In this document: in pieces, positions 27,350 to 38,825 of the stretch
How the letters are laid out: every line of letters begins with the position of its first letter
Position numbering within the stretch: position 1 is the stretch's first letter
Assembly (NCBI GenBank): GCA_905331295.1
Contig: CAJNYD010000106.1
Coordinates: forward strand, 124,001-167,161
From: Rotaria socialis
Taxonomy: Eukaryota
Direction of reading: 5' to 3'
DNA: 43,161 nt
The notes under the pieces: model-generated
The model's input: only the letters and a program-made list of their open reading frames with translations
What the model was told of the DNA's origin: nothing
Database searches by the model: none
Position numbers and translations under genes: made by a program

Positions 27350-27677
27350 TAAGCAGAACCCTTTGATTGTGCTTTTATTCTTTTAAATCAAATGTTTATA
27401 TTATTTTTTTTTATCATCACGTAGTCTGCGCGACATTTGTGTTAACAAGAAAAAGAAAGAATATTTTAATGATCATTCCTAGTTAGATATTACGATTAGG
27501 TGCGTTGATATGACATGCACATATATGAATATATGGAGTTTTTTTTTTCGTTTTTTTTCGATACATTTTTTTCCTAGCACTGTTAATTAAAAAAAAACTC
27601 GGGATACATTATATATATATATATAACGTTTAATAATAAAGATGCTAAAAAATCGCTTACTGTTTATTTGTTTTAAG

Positions 27678-29422
27678 ATGATCTATTTATTTTTATCACG
27701 TTCAATAGCATGGCCATTGAATATATTTGGTGTGAATTCGAATGATAAAAATCCGTCAATTTTGGATGCTGACAGTCAAAGAAAAAAAGATCCTGATGTA
27801 TCATCACCATTAATTTCAAATAAAGATCTTGTTGTAAATGCAAATTTATCAGAAAATATGGATCATACGAAATCTTTGATTGATAAAGATAAAGTATCAA
27901 CATTTCCACCACAGAAAGTGTTATCTGTATTAGGAAAACATTATTTAACAAGAGAAGATTTAGAAGCTTTGATACAAGCTCGATTTCAACAAGAAACTCC
28001 ACGCGATCGTGTAGTACGATTTCTATGGAAAAAGTAAGATTCGTTGTAAGAGAAATAAAAATGTCTAATATTGAAATATATCAAAATATTTGATAAGAAA
28101 TGTCCTATCCAAAGTAAAACGATTTAGTCAAGCCTATGAGAAGTGTGTGCTTGTGCATAAATTAGCACGAGTAGAAGATCCAAGAATAGCATTCATATTT
28201 CTTATCTTATGTGTTGTCTACGTACAGATGTAGATTTTGAAGGTTGCAGGAGCTACTCACCGAATTATTTTTTTGCAATTTCTATTAGTGAACTATCTCA
28301 ATATCCGATCTATGCAAGAATAAAAGATTGGCAATGTGCCGGTATTGCTCTGGGTATTGGTTGTCTATTTGGATTTAGTCGAAAAGAAGAAATGAAACCT
28401 GTTTATATTCGACAAACGTCCATGTTAAAATTTCAAGATCGACTAACGGCTGAGGTGAGGAGGTGAGCTTTGCTCTATGTAGAATTATGATTTTAATCTA
28501 TAATATTCACAATATTCTTTATTATTCTAGAGAGCTTTTCGGCAATATAATGTTGTTCAGTTTATGAAAGAATCCTATCGAATAGCAATTATTGTTCTAT
28601 TTATAACTGAAACAATGATGTATGTATGATTAAAATGAATTAGATGAAAATGCATTTAGTAAACAAACTATGTTATTCTAGGACAAGTCAATATGCTATT
28701 CAAGCATATCGTAATAAATCAACCATTTATGATTGTGTACCAGGTGGGGCATTCGTAGGTTTTGCCTTTAAAATGTTACATAGTCCATTGGCAGCATTTA
28801 TTACCACACTACAAGGCGGCGTCATAGGGTAAACAATTTTATCGGTAGTGCCATAGATATATGATAAACAGTTATAGGACTAGTTCCAAGTAGTCATTCA
28901 AAAAATAATCGATTTCACCAAAACGAGTTTTGATTTTTTTAAAAGCAGTTTTTTCACATCTTAAAAGTTGATTTATAAATCTTAAACTGAAATTCGTACA
29001 ATATTTTTCAATCTAGTGTATTCGAAAACTATACGAAAGTTTGATCGAAATCCATTCTTTATATTTCATGGCAACTTTCTTGAACGGCTAAATAATAAAG
29101 GAACATTTTATTCATATGTTTCATAAATAACAGTCTATCTAACATTTTTTTATTTTACTAGATTTATCTATGGTTTTGTTCACAATGTCGGTTCTCGATT
29201 GATAGATCGTACTTATGAAAATTTACATCATGAACAAGTCATGGAATGGATCTTGCATCGAGAGTAAATTTTTATCGGAAAATAAAAAGACTATTATAAG
29301 TCGATTTTTTTAATTTGTTTAGGAATGCTGAACTATGGAGTGCTAATTTAGATGAATTACCACCACATTATGAAGGACCAGAAGCAAAACGTACTTGGGG
29401 TCTTGGATGGTTTAAACCATAG
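27678..29422 (+). CDS. Tim17-family protein, likely complex I assembly factor TIMMDC1-like (start uncertain: 27642 or 27678)
   Basis: Spliced exons give ETPRDRVVRFLW...GIALGIGCLFG...FQDRLTAE...AIQAYRNKSTIYDCVPGGAFVGFAFKM...GGVIGFIYG, with Gly-rich TM segments. TAG at 29420-29422. Confidence 0.6.
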
Positions 29423-32384
29423 AGTTAAAATGTTTTTGTTTGTTTTTTATCGATGTGGAAAAAACACAGTTTTTTTGTTATAAAATTTATACGCATTAAA
29501 ATAAAAAATTTAGTTATTTCTATACAAGTTTTATTGTGATCAAATGTTATACATCATCCTGAATACTAGTTTAGATAAGCATCAGATTTTCTTAATAATA
29601 AATCATTATGTTTATTCAAAGTCGATTTCCATATGTACTGTGTGGTACTTACGCTTGAAGCATTTATAATTGATACGTAGTCTTTATTTGACAATGAAAT
29701 AATGCCGATTTAGTAAACGGATCTTTACATAATCGAATAAATGCTAATCAATTAAACTGCACCATTTATCTGTCAGCGACGATTAGAAGTGTTGCTATGA
29801 TGTCTTACATTTCTTACTTATTTTTATTAATTTTATCTAACAGATAATTATGAAATGTCATCGAGCATTCAATCAAATTATATCGCTTTTCAATTGAAAT
29901 TAACATATTTATTGACTCCACTGACAGAGCACAATTATAAGCAGGAAATTCTATTTGATGATAAACAATCTGAAATAGTTCTTTTCAAATTCGTAAAATT
30001 TACTGCATAAGGCACTAATAATCCAAATTTAGTACTGTTTTTATCAGAAAATAAATTCACGAAAACATTCTACTTGTTTCTAATCAATACCTAATGAATT
30101 CTTATGATTAGTTTCTCGTTTCTGAGAAATCATTTTTCAACTATATATTATTATAACTGTGAATATGTATGTAAATGATATGTTTGTTTTCATAGTGTAC
30201 GGCGAAGTTCATGATTTATCGAAAAGCAGTTACACATATCATAGACATTTTAAAGTATAACTATTTTTTGGACTTCATATTGTCAAACATTGAATACCTT
30301 TTTAATACTCAAATTACTGGATAAAAAGTAACTACGTCAACTTCAATTATTTTGTCCGATGTGCTGAATGAAAGCGCGAAATTGAATTATATTTGTTTTC
30401 ATTTTTATTGGTTTATAACAGAAAACCTTGTTCACCGAAGCCTAAAAAATGAACTTATATAGTCGTTACTACGTATTTTATTAATTAGTAAAATTATGCA
30501 TGTCACTATTCTAACAAAGACAGATTAAAAGACTTAGTTGTAATCCTACATACATGAGATTCTTATTCATTCTAAAAACAGTAGTGACATCTTAAATGAA
30601 GCAATTAAACGTCTTGAGATTTTCTTTCTATAATACAAGTTATTGATCTGAAGAAAAAAAAATGACGTTACCTAGGCGCCGACTTCCTTTATTTGCGACC
30701 AAAACATGACCCAATGGAATCGAATTCGACGCACTTAGTATGTCTATCAATTAGTCATAGCAATAAAGCTGTGATACAACTGACGTAGACAAATACAAAT
30801 TACTTCCGTTTTTTTTTTCTTCAAAATTTCATAATATTTTTAGGATTGTTGTTTTAATGTGCATTTGAAGACTAAATTTGACACCGCCATTTTCTTAATA
30901 ACAAGTACCCTGTTAAAATAATAGCACAGGCAAAGTGTCACAAACGAAAGTAAAATACTTCGAGTCCTTATTCTGCTAAAACATTCGCCTCTTTCCTTTG
31001 TCAATGTTACATAATGAAAGGAAAAATAACGGCTGCCACAACGTGAAAAGTTTTTTTCGGCCCTTCTTGTTTTCGTTTAGTTGAATTATGAAACAATGTA
31101 ATAATGATTTCTTCGTCTTTTTACGAAAAAACAAAGTCAGCCACAGTCAGACCAACAATTAAATTATAGAAGTATGTACAGAAGAACAAAAATAAATAGC
31201 ATTCTGAAAGTGAAGAACGCTTTTTCTCACTCTGAAGCATTGCTGATTTAAAAATATGATTCTTTCATTTGAAAAAAATGCACTGATAAAAATTTCGAAT
31301 ATACGAAAACATGGTTCATCGAAATTAGTTTAACGTAAAAATCGAATACGTAAAGATTTTTGTAGAAGATACAAAAATTGCCTACTCTTATAGAAATAAA
31401 TCTCTAGACTGGTCAGTATTATTTTCTTTCTATTGCCGAATTTTTTCGAAAAGTTTTATTTTTTGTTGATTCTTGAACAGAAAATCTCGCCACAATCATA
31501 ATTCGATTGTTTTTAGTTCTTCTTGTTTTAGTTAACACATTACATCTCATGCAAATATCTAAAAACGGATGATTCATAAAGAACAATAATGTATAGTATT
31601 TATTCTTCCGAGTTATTTGTGTTTCTATTAGCCATAGCAGCAAGATCAATTATTGTTCTATTGACGTCAATACTTCTTATGATTCATTCTGATTCTTTTT
31701 ATAGAAAGAAATTCGAGGAAAAAAAACATGGCACTTGCTCTATCAAAAGCAAGTCCTGAAAATACCGATACTTAAATTAAGCATCTAACGTAAATATCTG
31801 TCTTTTTCCAAGTTTTTAATCGGCAACAATGTCTTTATGAAGATATGTAGAGGGAGCTTTTACGTATAAAATAAGTTGTTGACAGTATCTTTCTATTTTT
31901 AGAGGGAAGACTTATCATGTTCATTTCTGCAATACAAAAGTTTCTTAACTAAAAGTTTCAATCTGAAATTCTGTCAGGAAATTTTCATAGATTTCGTATA
32001 GAAATTATCTTTGTAAAAATACCGTCTATTCTTTCTTCCTATAGAATATTGTTTACTTTACAATATCTAATACTTCGAGTAGTTTATCAATCTATTTTTT
32101 TCTCGATTAATCATTTTGTTAATAAGAAAAATAGAAAAACTAAATTTTAACCTATGATATGTAGCCATTTTGAGTAGAAAGAAACTTGCCAATTTTACAT
32201 CGTTATAGATTCTCGTTGTGAGTGTTGATTATGATTTCTAAAAAAAATAAAATCGCAGTTTTTATTTCACAAAGAATAAACAGACCGGCGACACTGGCGA
32301 ATCTCGATTTCATCCGTACGAATAAAAGAAAATAATCGCCCAACAATATCTTCTATTGTGCATTTGAAAACACTAGAGTTCCAA

Positions 32385-34802
32385 ATGTCGACCAATACAC
32401 AAACCCTCGTCAATACTATGACGGTACCTCGTTTCAGTGCATCGCTATGTAATAATCAACATTTTGTTCTCGTCTGGTTAGACGTAAGAATTACCGATTA
32501 CAATCAAGACAGCATTAATACGCTACATGAATTGAAACGCGTTGTAGGTGTCATCAATACATTCGTTGACATTGATTCCTGTACAGATTTCATCAAGAGT
32601 ACCGAAAATGAGAAAATTTTTATGATTGTTTCTGGTTCACTAGGTCAAACTATTGTACCACTTATTCATGAAAAATCTCAAGTAACTTCGATCTATATTT
32701 TCTGTGGTGACCGATCAAACCACGTAGATTGGGTGAAAGCATGGTCAAAAATAAAAGGTGTTTTTATGAATATATTACCTATTTGCGATGCACTTGAGCA
32801 AGCCGTACGACAATGTGATCAAGATTCAGTTCCACTTAGTTTTTTCCAGACGGATGCTGAGTCATCAACAATACAGCTAGATCAATTGGATCAATCATTT
32901 ACGTATACAAGTTTATTGAAAGAAAGTTTATTTAAAATACGTTTTAGTAAAAGAACTGTCAAGGAATTTACTGCCTATTGCCGAACACAATTTTCTGAAA
33001 ATGATTTAGATATGATCGATAAATTCGAATCTAATTACAAGCGATTAAAAGCCATATGGTGGTATACTAATCAATGTTTTCTGTATCCTATGCTTAATCG
33101 ATCTTTACGTATGATGGAAGTTGATACTATTATTAAAATGGGTTTTTTTATGCAAGATCTACATCGTCATATTAAAAAATTACACAAAGAACAATTACAA
33201 GATAAAGATTCAACCGAACTATTTATTGTTTATCGTGGTCAAGGTCTATCGAACGTAGATTTTACTAAAATGATGAAAGCGAAAGGTGGATTGATATCGT
33301 TTAATAGTTTTTTGTCTAGCAGTAGAAAAGAAAGCATAGCACAGATTTATGCTCGTCGTGCCATTACTGAATTTGGTTTAATGGGTATTGTCTTCAAAAT
33401 GTTAATCGATCCATCTATTTGTTCAACTCCTTTTGCACTCATAAATGATCTTAGTTTTTATAGATCATCAGAACAAGAGATTCTTTTTTCTATGCATACT
33501 ATTTTTCGTATTGGTGAAATTAAAAAACTCGAATTTCACAATGATCGACTTTGGGAAGTGGAACTCACATTAACAAGTGAACAAGATCAACAATTCAACG
33601 CACTGACTCAACTTATCCGGAGAGAGACTGGCGAAGAGAACGGATGGTATGCTTTGGGTCAGTTGCTTCTGAAATTAGGCAAATTTGAGAAGGCTGAAGA
33701 AATGTATACACGATTACTGAATGAAACATCGAATAGCACTGAAAAAGACTTTATTTATCATCAGTTAGCGTGGATTAAACATAATATAGGAGATTATACA
33801 GCTGCAATAAAATTATATGAAACATCACTTAAAATCGATAGTGGCGTTTTTTATTCGTCCGGTTTGACGTTAGCTACGACCTATCACAACATGGGTTTAG
33901 TATATGAGAAATTGGGTGACTATATTAAATCGCAAGCAGCACATGATAAAGCGTTGAAAATATATCGAGGTATACTCGATCCGGATCAGCTAGATCTTGC
34001 GACTTCATTGGGTCATAACGGCTTAATATATGTTAAATTGGGAGACTATATTCAAGCACTTTCAAATCATAAAGAAGCATTGAAAATCTATGAGAAAAAA
34101 TTACCTCCGAATCATCTGTTATTGGCTACATCCTATCATAATATTGGTCTAGTATATGATAAAATGGATGATTATGCAACAGCACGTATGTTCTACGACA
34201 AGACACTTGCAATTTATCGAAAAACCTTACCACCAAATCATCCTGATTTAGCTGTGTGTTATCAAAATATTGGTAAAACATTAGAAAAGATGTGCGAATA
34301 TGAGAAAGCACTTAAATATCATACGAAAGCACTTGAAATTTTTCAAAAGACTCTCCCATCAAATCATATCGATCTGGGTAATTGCTATAGTTGTATTGCA
34401 TTAGCTTATAATCATGTGGGTGAATATTCAAAAGCAATTCCATTTTATGAGATTGCACAAAGCATTTTTACGTCAGCTCTACCGCCCAATCATCCTGATT
34501 TAATTAGTCTGTACAACAATATCGGCGAAGCATATGATAATATGAAAGAACATGTTCAAGCACTTTCATATTATAGTAAAGCATTGCAACTATATCAACA
34601 AACTCTTGTTTTAAATGATTCCTTATTGGCTTCGATATATTTCAGATTAGCCCATATACATTACAATATGAACTGTTATGATAAAGCTCTATTCTTTGCC
34701 GAACAAAGCATCGATATTTCAAAACGTGTAATTACTCTAAATCGTCACGATATTGAGATACACAATAGAACTGTAGCGTTAGTAAAAAAGATTTCAAATT
34801 GA
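32385..34802 (+). CDS. Intronless NAD(P)+-arginine ADP-ribosyltransferase (R-S-E type) with N-terminal LVWLD module and C-terminal TPR array
   Basis: Single ORF with first ATG at 32385. ART motifs VYRGQ, SFNSFLSSS and EQEILF. 42-aa TPR repeats such as LATSYHNIGLVYDKMDDYATARMFYDKTLAIYRKTLPPNHPD. Confidence 0.9.
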   Translation: MSTNTQTLVNTMTVPRFSASLCNNQHFVLVWLDVRITDYNQDSINTLHELKRVVGVINTFVDIDSCTDFIKSTENEKIFMIVSGSLGQTIVPLIHEKSQVTSIYIFCGDRSNHVDWVKAWSKIKGVFMNILPICDALEQAVRQCDQDSVPLSFFQTDAESSTIQLDQLDQSFTYTSLLKESLFKIRFSKRTVKEFTAYCRTQFSENDLDMIDKFESNYKRLKAIWWYTNQCFLYPMLNRSLRMMEVDTIIKMGFFMQDLHRHIKKLHKEQLQDKDSTELFIVYRGQGLSNVDFTKMMKAKGGLISFNSFLSSSRKESIAQIYARRAITEFGLMGIVFKMLIDPSICSTPFALINDLSFYRSSEQEILFSMHTIFRIGEIKKLEFHNDRLWEVELTLTSEQDQQFNALTQLIRRETGEENGWYALGQLLLKLGKFEKAEEMYTRLLNETSNSTEKDFIYHQLAWIKHNIGDYTAAIKLYETSLKIDSGVFYSSGLTLATTYHNMGLVYEKLGDYIKSQAAHDKALKIYRGILDPDQLDLATSLGHNGLIYVKLGDYIQALSNHKEALKIYEKKLPPNHLLLATSYHNIGLVYDKMDDYATARMFYDKTLAIYRKTLPPNHPDLAVCYQNIGKTLEKMCEYEKALKYHTKALEIFQKTLPSNHIDLGNCYSCIALAYNHVGEYSKAIPFYEIAQSIFTSALPPNHPDLISLYNNIGEAYDNMKEHVQALSYYSKALQLYQQTLVLNDSLLASIYFRLAHIHYNMNCYDKALFFAEQSIDISKRVITLNRHDIEIHNRTVALVKKISN

Positions 34803-36041
34803 TTTTAGCACTTTTTTCTATAATGTAAATTTTTCGAGACAAAAATAAAATTTGTGATTGATTATTATTTTTGTAACAAACAGAACTCAACTCTATTTTT
34901 CAACCAATCAATAGTATCTTATTCTCTGTTTCTTTTCTGTCAAAATCCATAGCATCATACTTTACCATAGATAGGGAATGATCGAAGAAAGATGGTGATA
35001 TCCGACAATTGAGTTATCGCGTAATAGTGATAGATTTCACAATCAATTGGTATGTACAGATTTTTTCCTACGGCAACAAGCTATACTTTAACTTCACTAA
35101 AGCATAGATATATTTTACTGAGAAGTCTTGTTTAAATAATTACAAAAAGCATAGGTCTATGTAATAGCAATGCATCATTCTCAGATACGGGAGGCTGTTA
35201 TTGATAAATATCTGATAATACATGAAACTATTGTAAATCTAATGAACATAATACAAATTTGGATGAATGATAATAGCTGATTGTTATTGTTACTTTCTAT
35301 CTTTTTTAAACTGAAATATATGAATCAAATCTTATTTGCACGCTATCCCAAATAAAAAAGTTTTCGCTAGGTTTTATACGATGAAATCAAAATTTTGAAA
35401 ATATGTACAAGACCATTTGTTATTTGCGAATGTCTTCAAATCCGATATGTTCCTTTCTTTTAACATTACTAAAACCAATCCCTGAAATCAAATAGGTGAA
35501 AATTATACGAAATTAAAAATTCAAATCCGATGATCTCATGCTTAAATCTTCGAAGATTTTTGTAGCTAGACACAATATGCCTAGTTTTCTAAAGCCCAAA
35601 TCATATTGAGTTCGACCTTCAGTAATTTATTCTTTCATATACAGCTGCTGACGACTTTATTAGCACTTAGAATGCATTCGTTTGGAAAATGCGGGCATAT
35701 TTAATCGAGTATTTTTCATTCTTTATTTCAATCTTCATACCATAGAGCAGAAAAACGGTCTTTTGAATTTCAATATATATTCAGAACCAGCGAAGAATGC
35801 TCTTGTTGGTTACTCACATCGGCATAATCAATCACTAGGTAAAAAGATGAAAGAAAAAGCAAATCTGCTTTACTTTCAGGTACTACCCTGTACATTTTTT
35901 TAATTTTACTACAGGTATCAAATCCTAGCAGCTGTTGAAAATGCCAAAAAAGTAAATGATCACAGAACAAGTTAAGCCATAGAGTACACAAGCCTATACA
36001 AAGAAAAAGAAGCCATCTTTCAAACAATAGATATTTCAAAA

Positions 36042-38370
36042 ATGACTGCGATCTATGCATCTCTTGGTTCATTGCCTATAGAGCTTGTTTATCGTATTCT
36101 TGATAATCTTGATGATTTAACAATTGTCATGTCGCTTCGTAATGTTTGCTCTCGACTAAATTTAATTATCGATACGTATCATCGATATCAGGTTAGTTGC
36201 AGCTGTGTATTGTGAAGCTTGATTGTTTTTCTCATGTATCTTTCTAACAATTGAAACGAAAAGAACCATTTTCAATCTAAGTTATTTTTGTCTTCAAACT
36301 ATGATGTAGACACTCACGATGTTGAATATTGCAAATCTACGATGGAAAACTCAAGGATTACCATGTTTATATAATTTATTATTAAATAATACAGTAAAAC
36401 AACAATTCTCATCATCCATTGAATACTGATTTGTATGTCTCAACGTAGATTCTCGTCACATTAGATCTTTCATACAACAGAATAGGTGACGAGGGCACAT
36501 GGTTTCTAGCAAATGCATTAAAAAATAATAAAGTAAGAAAGGTTTCGGATAGATTGACTTTAGATGCATCTTTACTATTTTCATATAATTAGGTTTTAAT
36601 TTCACTAAACCTTGCAAAGAATGATATTGGTTTTAACGGTGCGCAATACCTAGCTGATGCACTACGCGAAAATACGGTGAATAGAATAAAATGTAATCTT
36701 GATATTTTGTATTCGTTGTTAACATTTCATTCAGACACTTGGCGCCATTGTACTAGAGTTTAACAATATTGGTTCTCAAGGAACAGAATATTTGGTTCAT
36801 GCACTTAATCATAATAGAGTGAGTACGATCTACACTACCTGTATAAGTTACATTCATTTGAATTATATAACATAGTCACTAAATATATTGAATCTGCGAC
36901 AAAACAAAATTAGTGCTGACGGTGTAAAATATTTGTCTCAAGCACTGCAAAATAATGAAGTAAAGAAATTGATTTATTGATACTTGTATTTATTATTCAA
37001 TGCAGACACTCAAAACATTAGTATTTGATCTAAATCATATTGGACAACAAGGTACACAATATCTAGCTGATGGATTAGAAAATAATAAGGTAAAAAGTTA
37101 TATTTTCTATTCGTCTAAGTATAATAAAGTTTTTCCTGCCTATGAAAAAAGGCATTAACAACAATTCAATTAGGATATAACGCAATAGGCGTTGAAGGAA
37201 CAAAATTGTTATCGAATGCATTACAAAAGAATACAGTAAGAAATAATTCGATGTTTCATATTCGTCTATACCCTATGGCATAGACACTTAGTACGTTGGC
37301 ACTCGAAGTAAACCATATAGGTTATGAAGGAGTAAAATATTTAGCTAATGCATTAGAAAAAAATAAGGTAAATGACGTATTCGTGTCATGTAGACTTCAA
37401 TTAGTTTCATGTTTCTACATAGACATTAGCGGTATTAAATTTACGGTGGAATCAAATAGGTAATCAAGGAGCTCAATATCTAGCGAATGCATTACAAAAT
37501 AATACAGTAAAAAAAATGTTTTCGCATTCGATATTACTCTCTATGAACTTGTATCCATTAATTTAGATGCTTACCACATTAAATATTATGATGAATGATA
37601 TTGACTCTAAAGGAGTAAAACATCTGACGGACGCATTACAGAATAATAAAGTAAAATAAAGTTCTTCTTGTTCGCATAGATGTTTTTATCCTTACATTCA
37701 GACGCTTATGACTCTGTACTTTGGTGGTAACAAAATAGGTCTTTTGGGGGCACAATTTTTAGCTGATTTATTAAAAACTAATACTGTAAGATCAGTTTTC
37801 TGTCTATTATTCTTATTGATATTGATCATTTACTGCAGGCAATAACTGAGCTAATGCTAGAAGGCGACGGGCTTGGTGATCGAGGAACACAATATTTAGC
37901 TAATGCATTAGAAAATAATAATGTAGGGCGACTTCATGAATAATCTCTTTTATATGGATTTTTTGTCATGCAATACAGACTCTCATAGCGCTGAATCTTC
38001 AAGAGAATGGTGTAAGTGATGAAGGAGCCCATTGTTTGGCTAATGCACTAAAAATCAATGCAGTAAGAAAACAGTTTTCGTATTTACTAATGGATCATAT
38101 ATTTATTCAAACTATTTTAAATAGAAATTAGAGGTTCTAAATCTTTCACGAAATAAAATTCGTTTTCCAGGATTATTAAATCTAGTGAATGCATTAAAGT
38201 ACAATACGGTAACATTGATTCTCTTGTTTGCCTATTGAATCATGATATTCACCATATCGTAATAGACACTCATGATCTTAAACCTTCAATCAAACTCAAT
38301 AGATGATGATCAAGTAGTTCGACAATTAGCCAATAATCTTGGAAAAGATGCAAACAGAGTGTTCTGGTAA
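36042..38370 (+). CDS. F-box-like + ribonuclease-inhibitor/NLRC3-type LRR protein (~476 aa, 16 exons; absent from ORF track)
   Basis: Exon 1 (36042-36191) reads MTAIYASLGSLPIELVYRILDNLD...LRNVCSRLN. 84-nt GT-AG exons start at 36310, 36449, 36593, 36735, 36876, 37006, 37152, 37284, 37423, 37567, 37702, 37839, 37979 and 38125. Last exon is 38266-38370 (TAA). No internal stops. Confidence 0.92.
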
Positions 38371-38643
38371 TCACCTGAAATGAAATCCTGTTACAATATA
38401 TCTTAAAATCGAAACATTTGACAAATCTTCATATATATATTGTTTTCGTTTTGATTTTTTTATTAAAATACTGAGAAGGAGATCATTTCTCGATGGATAG
38501 ATGTCGTTCTCAATCATATGTTACCATTAATATTTTTATTTTAATGAATCTTGATTGTTTTAATATTTTTTTATATTAAAATAAATGCTTGATTTTTATC
38601 AACTAATTAGTCATTTAAAAAAATTGCAATCTTCATATCACCA

Positions 38644-38657
38644 GTTGCTATGGAAAA
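38644..38657 (+). promoter_or_regulatory. Putative RFX X-box upstream of TALPID3
   Basis: GTTGCTATGGAAAA matches GTTGCTATGGAAAC at 13/14 positions, ~170 bp upstream of the ATG of a ciliary gene. Confidence 0.55.
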
Positions 38658-38735
38658 ATAAACATCGAACATAACTATGAAATAGAAAAAGAAAACCAAC
38701 AAAAAAAGAACGATTACTAATTGATTAATCATACA

Positions 38736-38754
38736 TCTCTCTCTCTCTCTCTCT

Positions 38755-38786
<32 letters not shown>
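38736..38786. repeat. Compound microsatellite (TC)n-(TA)n
   Basis: A tctctc... run followed by a tatata... run. Confidence 0.95.
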
Positions 38787-38792
<6 letters not shown>

Positions 38793-38825
38793 AGAAATCG
38801 TTGATCCTTTGAACTGTTTCTCTAT

